The notes under the pieces are model-generated. The model saw only the letters and a program-made list of their open reading frames with translations, had not been told where the DNA came from and did no database searches. A stretch of 64,000 nt of DNA, from assembly GCA_013115145.1 (NCBI GenBank), contig JAAPAO010000045.1, positions 41,745 through 105,744 on the forward strand, in the 5' to 3' direction. Below are positions 48,382 to 60,350 of the stretch, one piece after another. Each line of letters starts with the position of its first letter. Position 1 is the stretch's first letter. Source of the DNA: Perkinsus chesapeaki ATCC PRA-425. Taxonomy: Eukaryota > Protista > Perkinsozoa. The position numbers and the translations under genes were made by a program.

Positions 48382-49144
48382 CTAGGATCCTTTGGCCTTC
48401 CACTCCTTCACTCTTTTATTAAACTTTTGGCAGAGATGGAAAACAAAGTAGATATTGATGCATGTGATGCTAAATTGTGATATAAATGATCCAATAGGAA
48501 AGTACCATGACACCCAATTATCCTCAGGTATGAGAACTTGACTAATGGTAATAATGCTCCATACGATAAGCACCGTGCGACTGAGAGCACTCAATATTAT
48601 TAGCCGTAAATAGTTGGAGAAGGAGCGGTTAAGGTAGTAGTGTTCTCTCAATAGGAGACCGACCTCGGCGAGTAGGGCGTCCACAACCGGTACCAGGCCA
48701 CCTGCCGTCATCATTCTAGAGAAGCTAAAACCTGAAAAAAAATCTTCACAGTGCAAGGTTGTCCTTACCCAAAATAGAGACAGTGTGATGGAGCCTGAGT
48801 TTTTTATGCCAGGTAATAACATGATACATATCATAGGTGAGGTGACCAAGGTTATGATCAAGTATGAGCTCCACTAATGGCTGTGATGGATTATATCTGA
48901 AGTAAAGTGAAGGACGACTAATGTGATGAGCTACTTACAAATATGCAAGGTTAGATGAGAAATGATGTCGATTAATCCATACACACAGCAAACCAACAAT
49001 GATGTTGAAGAGTGCGTTTATAGAAGCGTTGATAGAATAGATGACTTTGACGTTAAGACCGAGATATCTCTTCATCCATTGGTGAAGTATTACGTAGACC
49101 AGAGTAAATAAAGGGCTGTAGAAACGTGATGAGGCACTGTGCAT
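48382..49144 (-). CDS. TLC-domain membrane protein C, 3 exons
   Basis: First two exons near-identical to copies A and B; third exon diverged (LLAEVGLLLREHYYLNRS...SALSRTVL). Confidence 0.85.
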
Positions 49145-50138
49145 TGCAAATCGGTTTAAAAAAGCTATGAAAGGCCTTATATTGAATATAGCAGAGCAGA
49201 TAATGTATAATAAGGCTTAACGTAGTTGACCTCGATTACTCGGGTTGACTGCCGGTTTTGTGACGTAGCTTTCTCAGAGTGCGATGAGGTCGGGCGGGCG
49301 AGTCGGACAGTATCTTGTGTGCTCATTGGAAAGGTTGCTCAGTGAGTTGTTATCGAATGGATTACTACTTAGCAAGTTATTTTCTCCATCTTTCACCACC
49401 CGCCCTCCCTGCTGAAGCGTCTCCCCACCAGGCTATTCCTGGCTTCCCCAGATAGCATAGTGATCCACGTTTTGATGCTAGCTGATGGCTGCCCATCGCC
49501 TTATTGGCTGTGCGCTCAGTACTACAATGTTGGAAGCGGTTCCGCGGTGTGCGGGGCCCAATTTCGGGTATCGCCATCCAACCACTCGGGAGGAAGGACT
49601 CGGGTAATAAAGTAGACAGAGTTACACAGCGTTGTGCTCGTATGCCGTGCACGAAAGCCAAGTCATCTAATGACTCATGAATTCATTAACTCTGTTTTAA
49701 AATAACTTCAAGCCTTCCTTTCCATCGCAAGTTTTGAACAATATAAAATACAATTCTATCAACAATTGTCAGCTTCATTGTAACATAAGAATATCTAATT
49801 AATCGTAGCATCCTTCATAACAGACCGGCAAAGAACATCAATCGGAGCTATCCACTCAACCATTCAAGTTCCATCATAAGCAGGCACACACAATATCTTA
49901 ACTAATACAAACAAACGGGAGTGCTGGTACACCACACGTGGTTCAATGGTGGCTCAGCTTTACACGCGCGCCACCCCTTAGCGACGATGATGCAACAGAT
50001 GGTAATACATCAGCCATGCCATTCGTTTGCCCCCTAGCTTCCCAACCCTTGGATTTGCCAACTACTCAACGCTCCTTCCAAGTAGTACTGATAAAGGAAA
50101 CTACTGTTAGAGTTATCTTAGTAACCATTATTGCTCAA

Positions 50139-51584
50139 CTACGCGGGCCACTGAGATGGATTCCTACCGATAACAGGGACGTTTCGAGCTCTCGCAACAG
50201 CGCCTTCACCAACGTCCTTCTCCTCATCCGCAGAGACCGCCTCGTCAGTCGCACTTTCTGACACCTCTAGCTGTACTTTGGCCGACCGCTGCTTCTCCTT
50301 GTGTAACACCTTCTTGAGCTTATACCAATGAGTGAGCAAGAACTTCACGTTAACCACAAACAGCATCAATTGAAGAGATATCATCACAGCTGGAGCCCAC
50401 CATGGGTATTGAGCGTCCCTGGGTGGATGGACTGCCTGGTAAAGCACCAGTACACTGTATGCAAGGAAGATGAAACGTGAGATGGAGTAGGCAGCCACAA
50501 AGACTATATAGGTCTTGGTAGACTTGTGAGAGTTATAGTAATTATACATCACAGAACCCAGCTCTGCAATAAAAGTATTCACTGCATTAGCAAGGCCAAA
50601 GACGTTCGCTACGTCAGATAAGCCAAAACCTAAACATATAGCTATCCACTTCTATACCAGTACTCACTAGGAAAACCGAAGAACATAGCAATTTCAACCT
50701 ATTCGACAAAAACTATCCGCTGCACTTTTACCCGTTAACGCAACCGAGTAATGACCCAAATTATTACGATGCAGGATTGCAGACCCAACAAAGGTAACTA
50801 TAATTCAACAATATACCATTCGAGAGGTAATGTGGGCACAAAATCGACTTCAACAAATCGTAAACCTAACTAAGCCCATTCATACCGCTCTAGGGCCTGT
50901 ATTACAAACCTTGTAAAATTCTAGATTCCATAAAATATCAGACCATTACTCTCACGTAGTGATTTCCTTAACTGTACGTATAATATATTTGAGAGCTAAT
51001 TACGACTCCCAGGAAGGCTCTCCTCTCTCTCCCTCCCTGTTTGATTACTATTACCAGCTAATGCTACAGCATGGTGTGGGATAAACTTCCTGTCCCATGA
51101 TAATACATGTATAGAATCATATAGAAAATATCCAATGTTAAAGTACTGCAATGTATTAACCAATGGATGCTCCGAATTATACCTAAGGAGACACATTCAA
51201 CCTTAAGATACTCTCACTCAAACACAACCTACTCCAGGCTAATTCAATTTGCACTACTAATGAAGCCTCACTGTCGTTATCGTGAAGCACAATAATCCGA
51301 GCACGTTTCCCCTCGGAAAAACACCAGCTCTGCCAAGCTTTCTCAGAGGCATGCCCTAACTCTCCATCCACCCCTTATTACGCATAGGATGCATTATCCG
51401 TCATTAGAGCATTCCAGTTGAGTATGATAACTCCCAATGCTATAATCATAGCCACTATATGATGGAACATGGACGTCAAATCACAGGACTTCCTTACCGA
51501 TCCATTACGGTATAAATGTAACATGAACACCATACCACATATGAAGAAGGACGTTATTACTCCAGTTGGATCATCAGTAAACAT
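50139..51584 (-). CDS. TLC-domain membrane protein E, 3 exons with unusually long introns
   Basis: MFTDDPTG...SMFHHIVA|YNSEHPLVNTLQYFNIGYFLYDSIHVLSWDRKFIPHHAVALAG|FGLSDVANVFGLANAVNTFIAELGSVMYN...YSISRFIF. Confidence 0.85.
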
Positions 51585-51803
51585 TCTCAGAACAAACCTA
51601 ATCGCCCGCCCCGAAGGAGTTTGCGGAAAACCCAAGGACTTCCTGCGGCTATAAGGAAACCCCGCTTAACTTACGAACAGGATAGGATCGCACAGTCAAG
51701 ACCGGAGAGAGTATTTGATGGAGAAACAGGAAAAACAATCGGCCCGTCGATTCGAGAAGAGGCCAGTAGCATTACAGCCGGGTAAACGACAATAGCAGGT
51801 AGA

Positions 51804-52765
51804 CTAGGCCGCTACAGTGGGCTCACCACCGAGCGCTACACCGTGGTTTCTATTGCGCAAAATCCTCTTTGGAATTGCTGCGTTCTCGTTATCGCTAACG
51901 GAGAGCAACTCATCATCATCTTCGTCGTTTGCCATTTGTTCCTGATGTTGCATTCCGCTAGTATGTGTAGCTCTCTCGTTCAATGGCCTCGGGGCTGGCT
52001 TCTGACCAGTTAGTATTTTATAAAGCTTCCTAATGTGTGTAAGGAGGAACTTGAAATTAATGACGAAGATAGACGTCTGTAGGATAACCATAGCGTAAGG
52101 GGCCCAAGCCGGGTAATCGTAATTGCTTGGTGGATGCACCGCTTGCCAGATGATCCTTAGGCTCCATGTGAGAAGGAAAATCCTGGATATGGAATAGGCG
52201 ATAACGAAGATAGTGTAGGTCTTAGTCGATCGCTTAGTGTTGTAGTAGTTATACATTATGGAGCCTAGCTCAGTAATAAAGGTATTTACGGCGTTACCTA
52301 GGCCGAATACGTTGGCATAATCCGAAGACAGGAAGCCTGACATGGGATTTGAGAGAAGTGTGGTATGAAATGACTATGCTTACCGGTGAGAGCCACTATA
52401 TGATGGCCTAGGAACTTACGGTCCCAAGTAACAACATGGGCTAAATCATAGGTAAAGTATCCAATGTTAAAATGTTGGAGAACATTAACTAATGGATAGT
52501 CGGTATTATGCCTAATAGGAAAGATTCCAAATAGGTTGATAGGTTAACTTTACCCATAGCTTGCCATCGTCCATAGTGAATCCCAATTCATTATGATAAC
52601 TGCAGCAGCTAATAGTGTTGATACCACATGGTGGAACATAGCAACATATTGACTGGCTTTATTAACATCTCCTTTAAGTCTATATAATTCAACAAAGAAA
52701 AGGACACCGCATATAAAGCATGATGATAGTGCCACAGTAGAGTCCTCAAATACTGGTTGAACCAT
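51804..52765 (-). CDS. TLC-domain membrane protein F, 3 exons
   Basis: MVQPVFED...AMFHHVVS|HNTDHYPLVNVLQHFNIGYFTYDLAHVVTWDRKFLGHHIVALTG|FLSSDYANVFGLGNAVNTFITELGSIMYN...YSISRIF. Confidence 0.85.
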
Positions 52766-52865
52766 ATTATCAATAATAATAAAAGATACTGCCGATCTGC
52801 AACAACAACAGCAACAACTATCATGAGACGCACGATAGTCAACAACACTTGCGTCATCGCTAAAA

Positions 52866-52977
52866 CGCCTCAGCCTCGGATCGAACCCGGGTCCTCGCAC
52901 ATAAGCTCCGTGTATTATCATCTATTATAAGATTAGTTCTTTAACCACTCCACCCTCGTTGGATCCTCCACCGAGGA
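52866..52977 (-). pseudogene. tRNA-like relic upstream of TLC-F
   Basis: TCCTCGG...CTGAGGC can form an acceptor stem (1 mismatch). D-loop-like GGAGTGGTTAA and T-arm GAGGACCCGGGTTCGATCC are followed by TTTT, but the T-stem is mispaired and there are extra insertions. Confidence 0.4.
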
Positions 52978-53040
52978 AACACTTCATGGTAGGAGTACTT
53001 TCAGTTGAAAATGCTTAATGTCATGACAGGCATCCTCTCC

Positions 53041-53775
53041 ATGCCAAATATCATTTATCTCCTACTCTTGGCCATCATGGCTAATGCTACTACTCACGAC
53101 ATCGATCTGTGGGGATACTACAGATCCGAAGACCTCGTTGGTAAATTCGTGCCAGAAATGTGGTTCATTGGGGAAAATAATGTTGATATAACCGTGGCGC
53201 ACAACGACACAGAGGTCACTGAACCAATCTATGCCAGCTTTGTTATGTCGAGAGGAGGAGGTAAGATCAGCATGTCGTTCAGCAAAGTCCATTATGGCCA
53301 ACTCCACAGGGACTTTCCCGACATCCTCATCGACATATCCTTCACTGATATCGTTTATGACCCCAAGGCCAACACTTTGACTATGGCCGTGAATAAGACC
53401 ACTTGTGGTAGATCGAGAATAACTCTCAAGCACGAGAGGAAGGTCGGAGGTTATTTTCATAATGTTAAAGATTTCGGGAATAAGATCATATTCAACCCAG
53501 CCTTCTGGGGTGAAGACGACAGCGGTCTTTATCTGGGGTTCGACAATCAGCATTTAAAAACCGCGATGACCGTGAAACACACTATCTCAAGTGATTGGGT
53601 GATAAGCTTCAACTTGAACGAAGAGCAGAAGAAAGAAATCTTGACTGTCTGCCCAGTCTGCTTCCCACCAGGAGCTCTTGAGAATATGAGATATGATGGG
53701 CCGACTGCAACTATAAGCGTTCCTATCAACTCAACCTTCTTCGGAGCGGACAAGCTCCTATTATCTGGACGCTGA
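53041..53775 (+). CDS. Secreted hypothetical protein with two ~110-aa internal repeats, single exon
   Basis: Signal peptide MPNIIYLLLLAIMANA; repeats 'LWGYY...FTDIVYDPKANTLTMAVN' and 'VGGYF...LENMRYDGPTATISVPIN'. Confidence 0.75.
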   Translation: MPNIIYLLLLAIMANATTHDIDLWGYYRSEDLVGKFVPEMWFIGENNVDITVAHNDTEVTEPIYASFVMSRGGGKISMSFSKVHYGQLHRDFPDILIDISFTDIVYDPKANTLTMAVNKTTCGRSRITLKHERKVGGYFHNVKDFGNKIIFNPAFWGEDDSGLYLGFDNQHLKTAMTVKHTISSDWVISFNLNEEQKKEILTVCPVCFPPGALENMRYDGPTATISVPINSTFFGADKLLLSGR

Positions 53776-54315
53776 TAGCCAAGTATCAGATTACGAGGGG
53801 TTTTTGAGTACCACGAGTGGTGCTCACGGGATTGGCCATCCATTAAATCATTAGTTCTCACCGGCCACCAAGCAATTTAGTATAGGAGAGTCGCACATTG
53901 TCGCAGTTAACAATATGACGGTCTTTTTCAAAAGACACTTTTATATAGTACCCATTACCTTAAGATAACCATATGTTAGCCTTGCGAACATTTCAATCAA
54001 GCAATTGTTGCGTTGAACTTCATACAATGAAAAATCCACACTACAACCCTTGCTAGTTTATAAAGCGAGTATTGGTGGTATCGATGCTACGGCAGATTGG
54101 CGCCATTCAGTGATGGGGTGTCCTGATCCCGCACTATAAGGTCTCTCGATCAATCTCGATCACTCAAGACGACGGTATACCAATCGGTTCGGAGATGTTG
54201 TGGGCGATGTTAGCCTTCACCTTTGGTTTCAATAATTAACTCATGATATGTATATTGACAATACATTAGCGTTTAGTAACTCTTTGTGCACGCATGAATC
54301 CCATGTGAAGGTTTA

Positions 54316-54338
54316 ACAGTAGCCATCTGGGCTCAAAG
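54316..54338 (+). other. Relic Perkinsus spliced-leader sequence
   Basis: ACAGTAGCCATCTGGGCTCAAAG versus Perkinsus SL ACCGTAGCCATCTTGGCTCAAG (19/22 ungapped), in a convergent intergenic region. Confidence 0.7.
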
Positions 54339-54573
54339 TCTCACTTCTTCTTATACAGTAGCAGTTGCTCTATAGTTTCACCCATTGTGTCGTGTTATGC
54401 AGTTTGATACCGCGGCCGGCGTCTTATGGCAATTGACCTCGTAATAAGTAACAGCAATATGATTGAGAACTTGATCGCGCAGTACGCGCAGAAGACATCA
54501 ACAAAGATCGAAAGACCAACCAAAATAGAAACCTACTTCATCGAGGAAACCACATGTAGGGTTGTTAATAAAA

Positions 54574-56287
54574 TCAGTCTTTCATAACATGTATAGCCTT
54601 GCTGGCTACAAGACTCTCAATCTTCTCTTGGGAATATCCGAGACGGTTCTTAAGAACCCATTCAGTATGTTCCCCGAGGGCCGGTGGTGGCAGAGATCTT
54701 GCCTCCTCGGGCGGGGGAGGGTCGAATTTTACGGCTGGTCCTACTACTTCAATTGGACCTGAGATAGCCATGGTGAAGGTCAATGCTCAAGGTTGTATCG
54801 AACTTACCCGCAGTCTTGTGCTCTACCGTCATCCGCATACCTCTAGCCAGCACTTGAGGGTCGGAGAAAACCTGCAAATGGAGCAGTCGAGAGTAAACTT
54901 GATTGTTAACATACCCCTTGCATGTTGTTGAGTTTGGCACAGGCAAGGCGTTCCTTATGCGGGCGAGATTCAAGGAGAGTAATCCATTCATCTGCCGACT
55001 TTGTACGCAGAATGTTGCACAATATGTTGTTGAGCTCGTCCCTGTGGTGACAGCGGGCTTCGTTAGTCGCGAACCTGAAGGGACTCTGAGAGATTGAAAG
55101 AGGCGCCAATGGAGCTCACTTTTCATTCTTCTCGAGATCGGGTCTGTCCATAACCTTGCAAAAACTATTCCATTGAGCATCATTGAGAGCACCAACAACA
55201 ATGTGACCATCGGCCGTCGGGAAGGCCTATACGGAGAGTGCAGTAAAGGAAAGAGGATGCTCCCCTTACCCCATAGGGGACTATATTAGGGTGTTGCGTT
55301 CCAAGTCGAGAGCACTCGCGCCCGTCGATAAGATACCCACTAGCAACATTCGCAAGGGCGGACACTTGAGATTCTAGAAGGCTGCATTTTATATGTCGCC
55401 CCTGACCGGTGACCTTAGCTTGATAAAGGCCAGCTAGAACGCTTCCTGAAACAACCTCATAATATAGTGAATATATCGGCAAAGGCAGACCATGCAAATG
55501 AAGCCCCGTGAGGAGATCAGTCCACGCCACCCCAACTTTAACTGGTTCATCACCAATACCAGTACAGGCCATCATACCACCATGTCCTTCAACCATAACA
55601 GCATAGCCTACCAAACAACACACTAGTGTTAGAATGTGCCAAAGGAGGGCGGCTAACCAGGCTTGTTGCTGAGCGGGCCAGTGTCGCCATAGCCGGACAG
55701 GCTGCCATATACTAACGCCGGGTTGATCTTGCGGAGGGACTCGTAGTCTAGACCGAATTTAGCCAGAGTGCCCGGGACGTAGTTCTCTGAGATTGCCAAT
55801 TCACAACACAGAGAGCGCACAGTCTTACCTAGTACTATATCACTCACCTTTACCAAGTCTTTTATGATTTGTTGACCCTCAGAGCTTTTCAAGTCCACCC
55901 CAATGCTTCGCTTGTTCCTAACACTCAGCGTTGGACATGCATCGGACGAACCGCTTACCTGTTCGCTGCTATGAAGTAGGCAGATTCATGGCCCTTATTT
56001 GTAAAAGGAGGGCCCCATGCTCTGGCATCATCACCGTAGCCAGGTCTCTCTACCTTGATCACCTCTGTGGTAACGAGCACGCTGCATAGGCACTTTTCGT
56101 ACTCCTTACCTGCACCATAGTCGGCCAGCATCATACAGCCGTAGGGGCCAGCTAAGATTCTCGTAAGGTCGATTACACGGACACCGTGGAGAGGTAGTGG
56201 TACCGTTGTGGTGCTATATGCCCTCAGCAACCTCACAGAGAATAGGGAGCATTGTCGCACTCTGGGGAGCGAATGGAGTACGGCCAT
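54574..56287 (-). CDS. CoA-transferase family III (CaiB/BaiF; SUGCT-like), mitochondrial, multi-exon
   Basis: [102 protein letters not shown]. Confidence 0.93.
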
Positions 56288-57584
56288 AAAGGTGTCGGTA
56301 AAAAAGTACTCTTCGATAGAGCTGGAGGCGGTAGAAGCTTTGACGCAGGCGTGACGTGAAGCATGGAGCCGGCACCAGACAGGATGAGCCCTTCTTATGG
56401 AGAGATAATCGATTATTGGCCTATAAATATTACACCTATCATGAGTATGAGGCTGTGCATGGAAATAATATCTGGCATCAACTATATTAGGTGCTATCGC
56501 CTTCACGTTCTTTCGATTTGTAGTACAACGCTTATTTCCCGGTGGCGCGCTGGCGCCGCGGGGCCCCGCCGCACTGACAGGAAGGTCGGGCGTAGGTGGT
56601 ATAGGTATAGGAATGGAGCTTGTAGCCGCTATTTCCGATGGGTGACCAAACAATCCGGTGTACGACGGTCGTAATACGACCGGATACCGCGCTTGATGAT
56701 TTCAGTGAAAGGCGCGAGTTCCTTGCGTGCCGTCCTCCACTTGGCAAGGTATCCACAGTACTCGTTCAGAGTGCTTAGCAAAACCGTAATTTGGTCACCT
56801 CAGCGACATGGTGTGCTTATATGATGTGCGGTTTAGAAGCTTGGCGGGTGTAATAAGAAAACTGCGTACTGTTGGCTGAAAGGCCGTTGAAGAGGTATTG
56901 ACTGCCAACTGTAGATGTGCGCCCAAAGCTCCTCGCGCGCACCGTGCCTCTGTTCGAAGGTGCTCGTGCCTGATTCTCTACCGACAATCTCTCCACCCAA
57001 ACCCGAATGTCAGAGTTTCAGAGGACTAAAGGGTAGCAGGCCTCGGTGATAATAGGCTCAGAAAGTGGCTTCCGCTTGTATTATCGAGGGCACTTTGATG
57101 ATGTCAACGGTCTTCAGTGCAGCTGCTGTTAACCAGAAACTTGACAATTCACACAGAAATGACTTTTAAATCAGCAATTCGGCTCGAGCCGGGTTACCAT
57201 CAAATCTACTATCGCAGTGACTCGGTGGTAGACGTCGACTCGGCGGACGTTAAACTGTCAATGAGGTTCTATTAGAAGCACCGCTCCACGCACTAATGTC
57301 GACCGCTCACAGTGGCTCCTCTTGGTGGTATGTATTCCCCAATAAAACAACATCACTCACTTTTCCGAGCACCCTAACTTTATACTAGGAACGAAATACA
57401 AGAGCAAACATAGAAAATATAATGGCTATGTGTGCAGCGAACATACAGAGCACAGCTACCAGACACAGGCTCAGGTAACATTCGCAAACGACGCTTTCAG
57501 CAGCAACAGGAGGAGGAGGGCGCAAATGCCGACCAAGTTGAGTAGGCCAGCACAAAACCGTATCGGATGAGGTGATTATCATCT

Positions 57585-59478
57585 TTATACAGCATCACTT
57601 AGGATGAAGGTCACCGGTACACCTTTACGGAGACTAAAAGGAAAAAGAGTAAGGGAATGGATGATGGGGGTTGTTGTTATAGTGGTACCAATTAATGTAA
57701 TGATAGATGAAGTCTCCCATCACTATCAACTGCAATAGCTGCATCAACATAACCCAGTATCTAATACAAATAGTTATAAAGTTATATGTTAATAAATACA
57801 ACTAAGTTGGGTTACATTTTGTTCAATATAATAAAGTTAAAATATATGCTAATAAATATAAAGTTAATACATAGAGATAATTCTCAAAAATGAGTAGAAC
57901 TTCGTCAGACCTTTTGAAGGGTATACAACATGCTTTTCTAATGTGGATCGATATGAGAACCAGAGGAGCTAGTATTCTTGAAATAAATACTGAACAATGC
58001 AGAGCACAATGTATCGAGGGGGCTTAATAACCAGTATGCTACAAAAGAAGTAGCCTACCCGACATAAGCCTTAGTAGGGTGCTTAGGGTCATTGAGCTCC
58101 TTATAAGAGGACCACCAGAATATAAATGAGCAAACCTAATAATAACAATGATAATCTAACAACAACTCATACCGCTCCTTCCTACTCTGCTCAAAGCCTG
58201 TCCAGCCAGGAAGTGACTGGTAAACGCCTCGACCTGATAAAATCATACCGACTTTTCCTCAGAAATATGATATATACCTTTCCTTGCTTCTGGAACATAA
58301 ACAACTGTGGCAACACCGTCACTGACTCCAAATATAAGGCAAATGTCCAAGCAACGTCCGCAGGCCTGATACAAGTATTTCGACAAGGGGACGAGGACAG
58401 AGGCTCACATGAAAGCGTTTAGGCTTGGATGGAATATCAATGCCAAGATTAGCGATATGGCGACGAGGTAGATGTGCTTGAAGGTGTCTGCGCCGGCTTC
58501 GTACGTGGCTCGATATCGGACCCGACAGAAGTAGCTGGGAATGCACAAAGTGGGCAGAGGCATTGGGCAAAGGGACTTACACAATGGTGCCAGCAAGACA
58601 GAGACTGATTGCCTCTGTGAGCTGATATAGCCAGTCACCAGACCTATCGTAAGGTAGATACCTGAATTACGAAGAGAAGGGTATACTTTAAGATTGAATG
58701 AGCTTAATGCTGTACCCTTCAAAGGGGATGATAGAGACAAGTCGGCAGGCACTAACCAGTGTGTAACACTCGAACATCTTCAATGACACTCCACTTACGG
58801 ACTTGGACGTTTCTGAAGGAATAGGACGCTTAACGAGCTCAGGAGGATATGCAGAGGGTGATCGCACTATAAAGGATACTTACCAATTTTAACCACAACC
58901 ATGAGGAAGGAGAACATTGATATCATTGAACTGATTGTGAGCAGCATGGAGAAGTCCCAGTCGGAAGATACGTAAAATAATACCAAACCAACAAGGGTAA
59001 AGACACCCCAGAAGCGAATGTTGTCCTGAGAGCTTCAAGGTTGCATCTCGCACGAGGAAAAGATTCTTACCATATTATTCGCCAACCATATTTTACGCTT
59101 CTCAGGGTCCTGTAACGTCGCAACGAAACCAGTAGTCATATCGCGAGTCCAAATGACTTTAAATAACTACTGGAGCCGATAATATTACCCAATATCCGCC
59201 GGGCTATACTATCAAATAAAAGTAACTCAACCACCATAAAACCTAGTAGCTACTACTAGGGAAATGCACCGGGCATTTGAGACATGGCGCCGCCTCCGCC
59301 GAATTGTGATGACACAACTGTGTGAGTGAATCGATGGAATACATCCAGTATGGCGCATCTCCATGTTTGTATTTGTCCTGGTTAAGATTAGTAATAGACC
59401 GTTAGTCATAGAAGGTGAAATAGTCACACCGTGATTTATCCAAAAATCCCTGATGTTCGAAAGTCTAGCGCTCGCCAT
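57585..59478 (-). CDS. ER lumen protein-retaining receptor-like (ERD2-related with N-terminal extension), multi-exon; 5' end uncertain
   Basis: Spliced 'KSVSGVSLKMFECY', 'YLPYDRSGDWLYQ', 'LALIFHPSLN', 'WTFALYLESVTVLPQLFMFQK', 'VEAFTSHFL', 'QLIVMGDFIYHY'. Confidence 0.88.
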
Positions 59479-59714
59479 TCTAATCTAAATATATCAACTT
59501 CCTTTAACTGGCACAGTTACTCATGTTATCAGTGACCATGAACATGACCATCTCCCTGGCCGTCGGTCACTCCTCTGATCTCTCAACTCGTAACGATTCC
59601 AACTTTTAAAGTTATGCTTTTCGACGGGTTTAAACCTTACTTTGGCCCCAGTTGCCTTGTATTGATGTTGCGTTAAAGTTGTATTTAATGCGAATAGGGC
59701 AGCCCAGTGTTATT

Positions 59715-60350
59715 ATGACTGATCCGACCCTCAGTCCCACTACACCTGCGAATGGGCGACGGCCCTCTGATGGATTAAAGATAGAAAGCTCATCACCAAA
59801 GAGCTCATCATCGCCAAGTATGAAGGATCAACATCATCAGAAGGCTGTACAGGAAAAGAAGGCTGCTGGGTATTAGGGTATAGGAATCATATATCAAGAT
59901 AGTATATTATGCAGTATAATAAATATAGGGCTCTTAGTGGCGTTCATTTCCTATGTAACTATAGGATGCTCACAGTGCATGTGATAGGAGCTTTATATAC
60001 CACCAGTACTCTATAACACATTCAATAATACCACTCTTATTAAAGTCTAAAAAAGCGATGAGTGTTTTTTTCTTATATGCTAGAGGCGGTATGATATCTC
60101 AGCAGTACATTGCAGACCTTCAGGGACCTTGTTTCCATCCATGGTAGCATCTCCGGGGCATGCTCGGAGTGAATGGCTCAGGATTTCATTGTCGAATACG
60201 TCTACCTTGTATTAGTATAATAGATATTATTAGAGACCAATGTGTTAGCTGCAATCAAATATCGCAATAAGGGGTATATATGGAATTGATAATCGTACAG
60301 TGTATCATGGAGATATTCTAATATTATCGGGGCGAAGTGGGAACTACGGT
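59715..60350 (+). CDS. Short upstream exons: either an N-terminal extension of SPT16 or a separate small gene
   Basis: MTDPTLSP...KKAAG followed by GT-AG introns. One phase-consistent path reads in frame into the ATG at 60351. Confidence 0.3.

Noticed and set aside
47814-48403. ORFs within or next to the MITE as a transposase
   Set aside because: About 100 aa with no DDE/DDD or HTH motifs.
52800-52866. Permuted or split tRNA (5' half downstream of the 3' half)
   Set aside because: The downstream hairpin CTATCGTG/CATGATAG has a 5-nt loop and no D-arm; no 5' halves follow the other two fragments.
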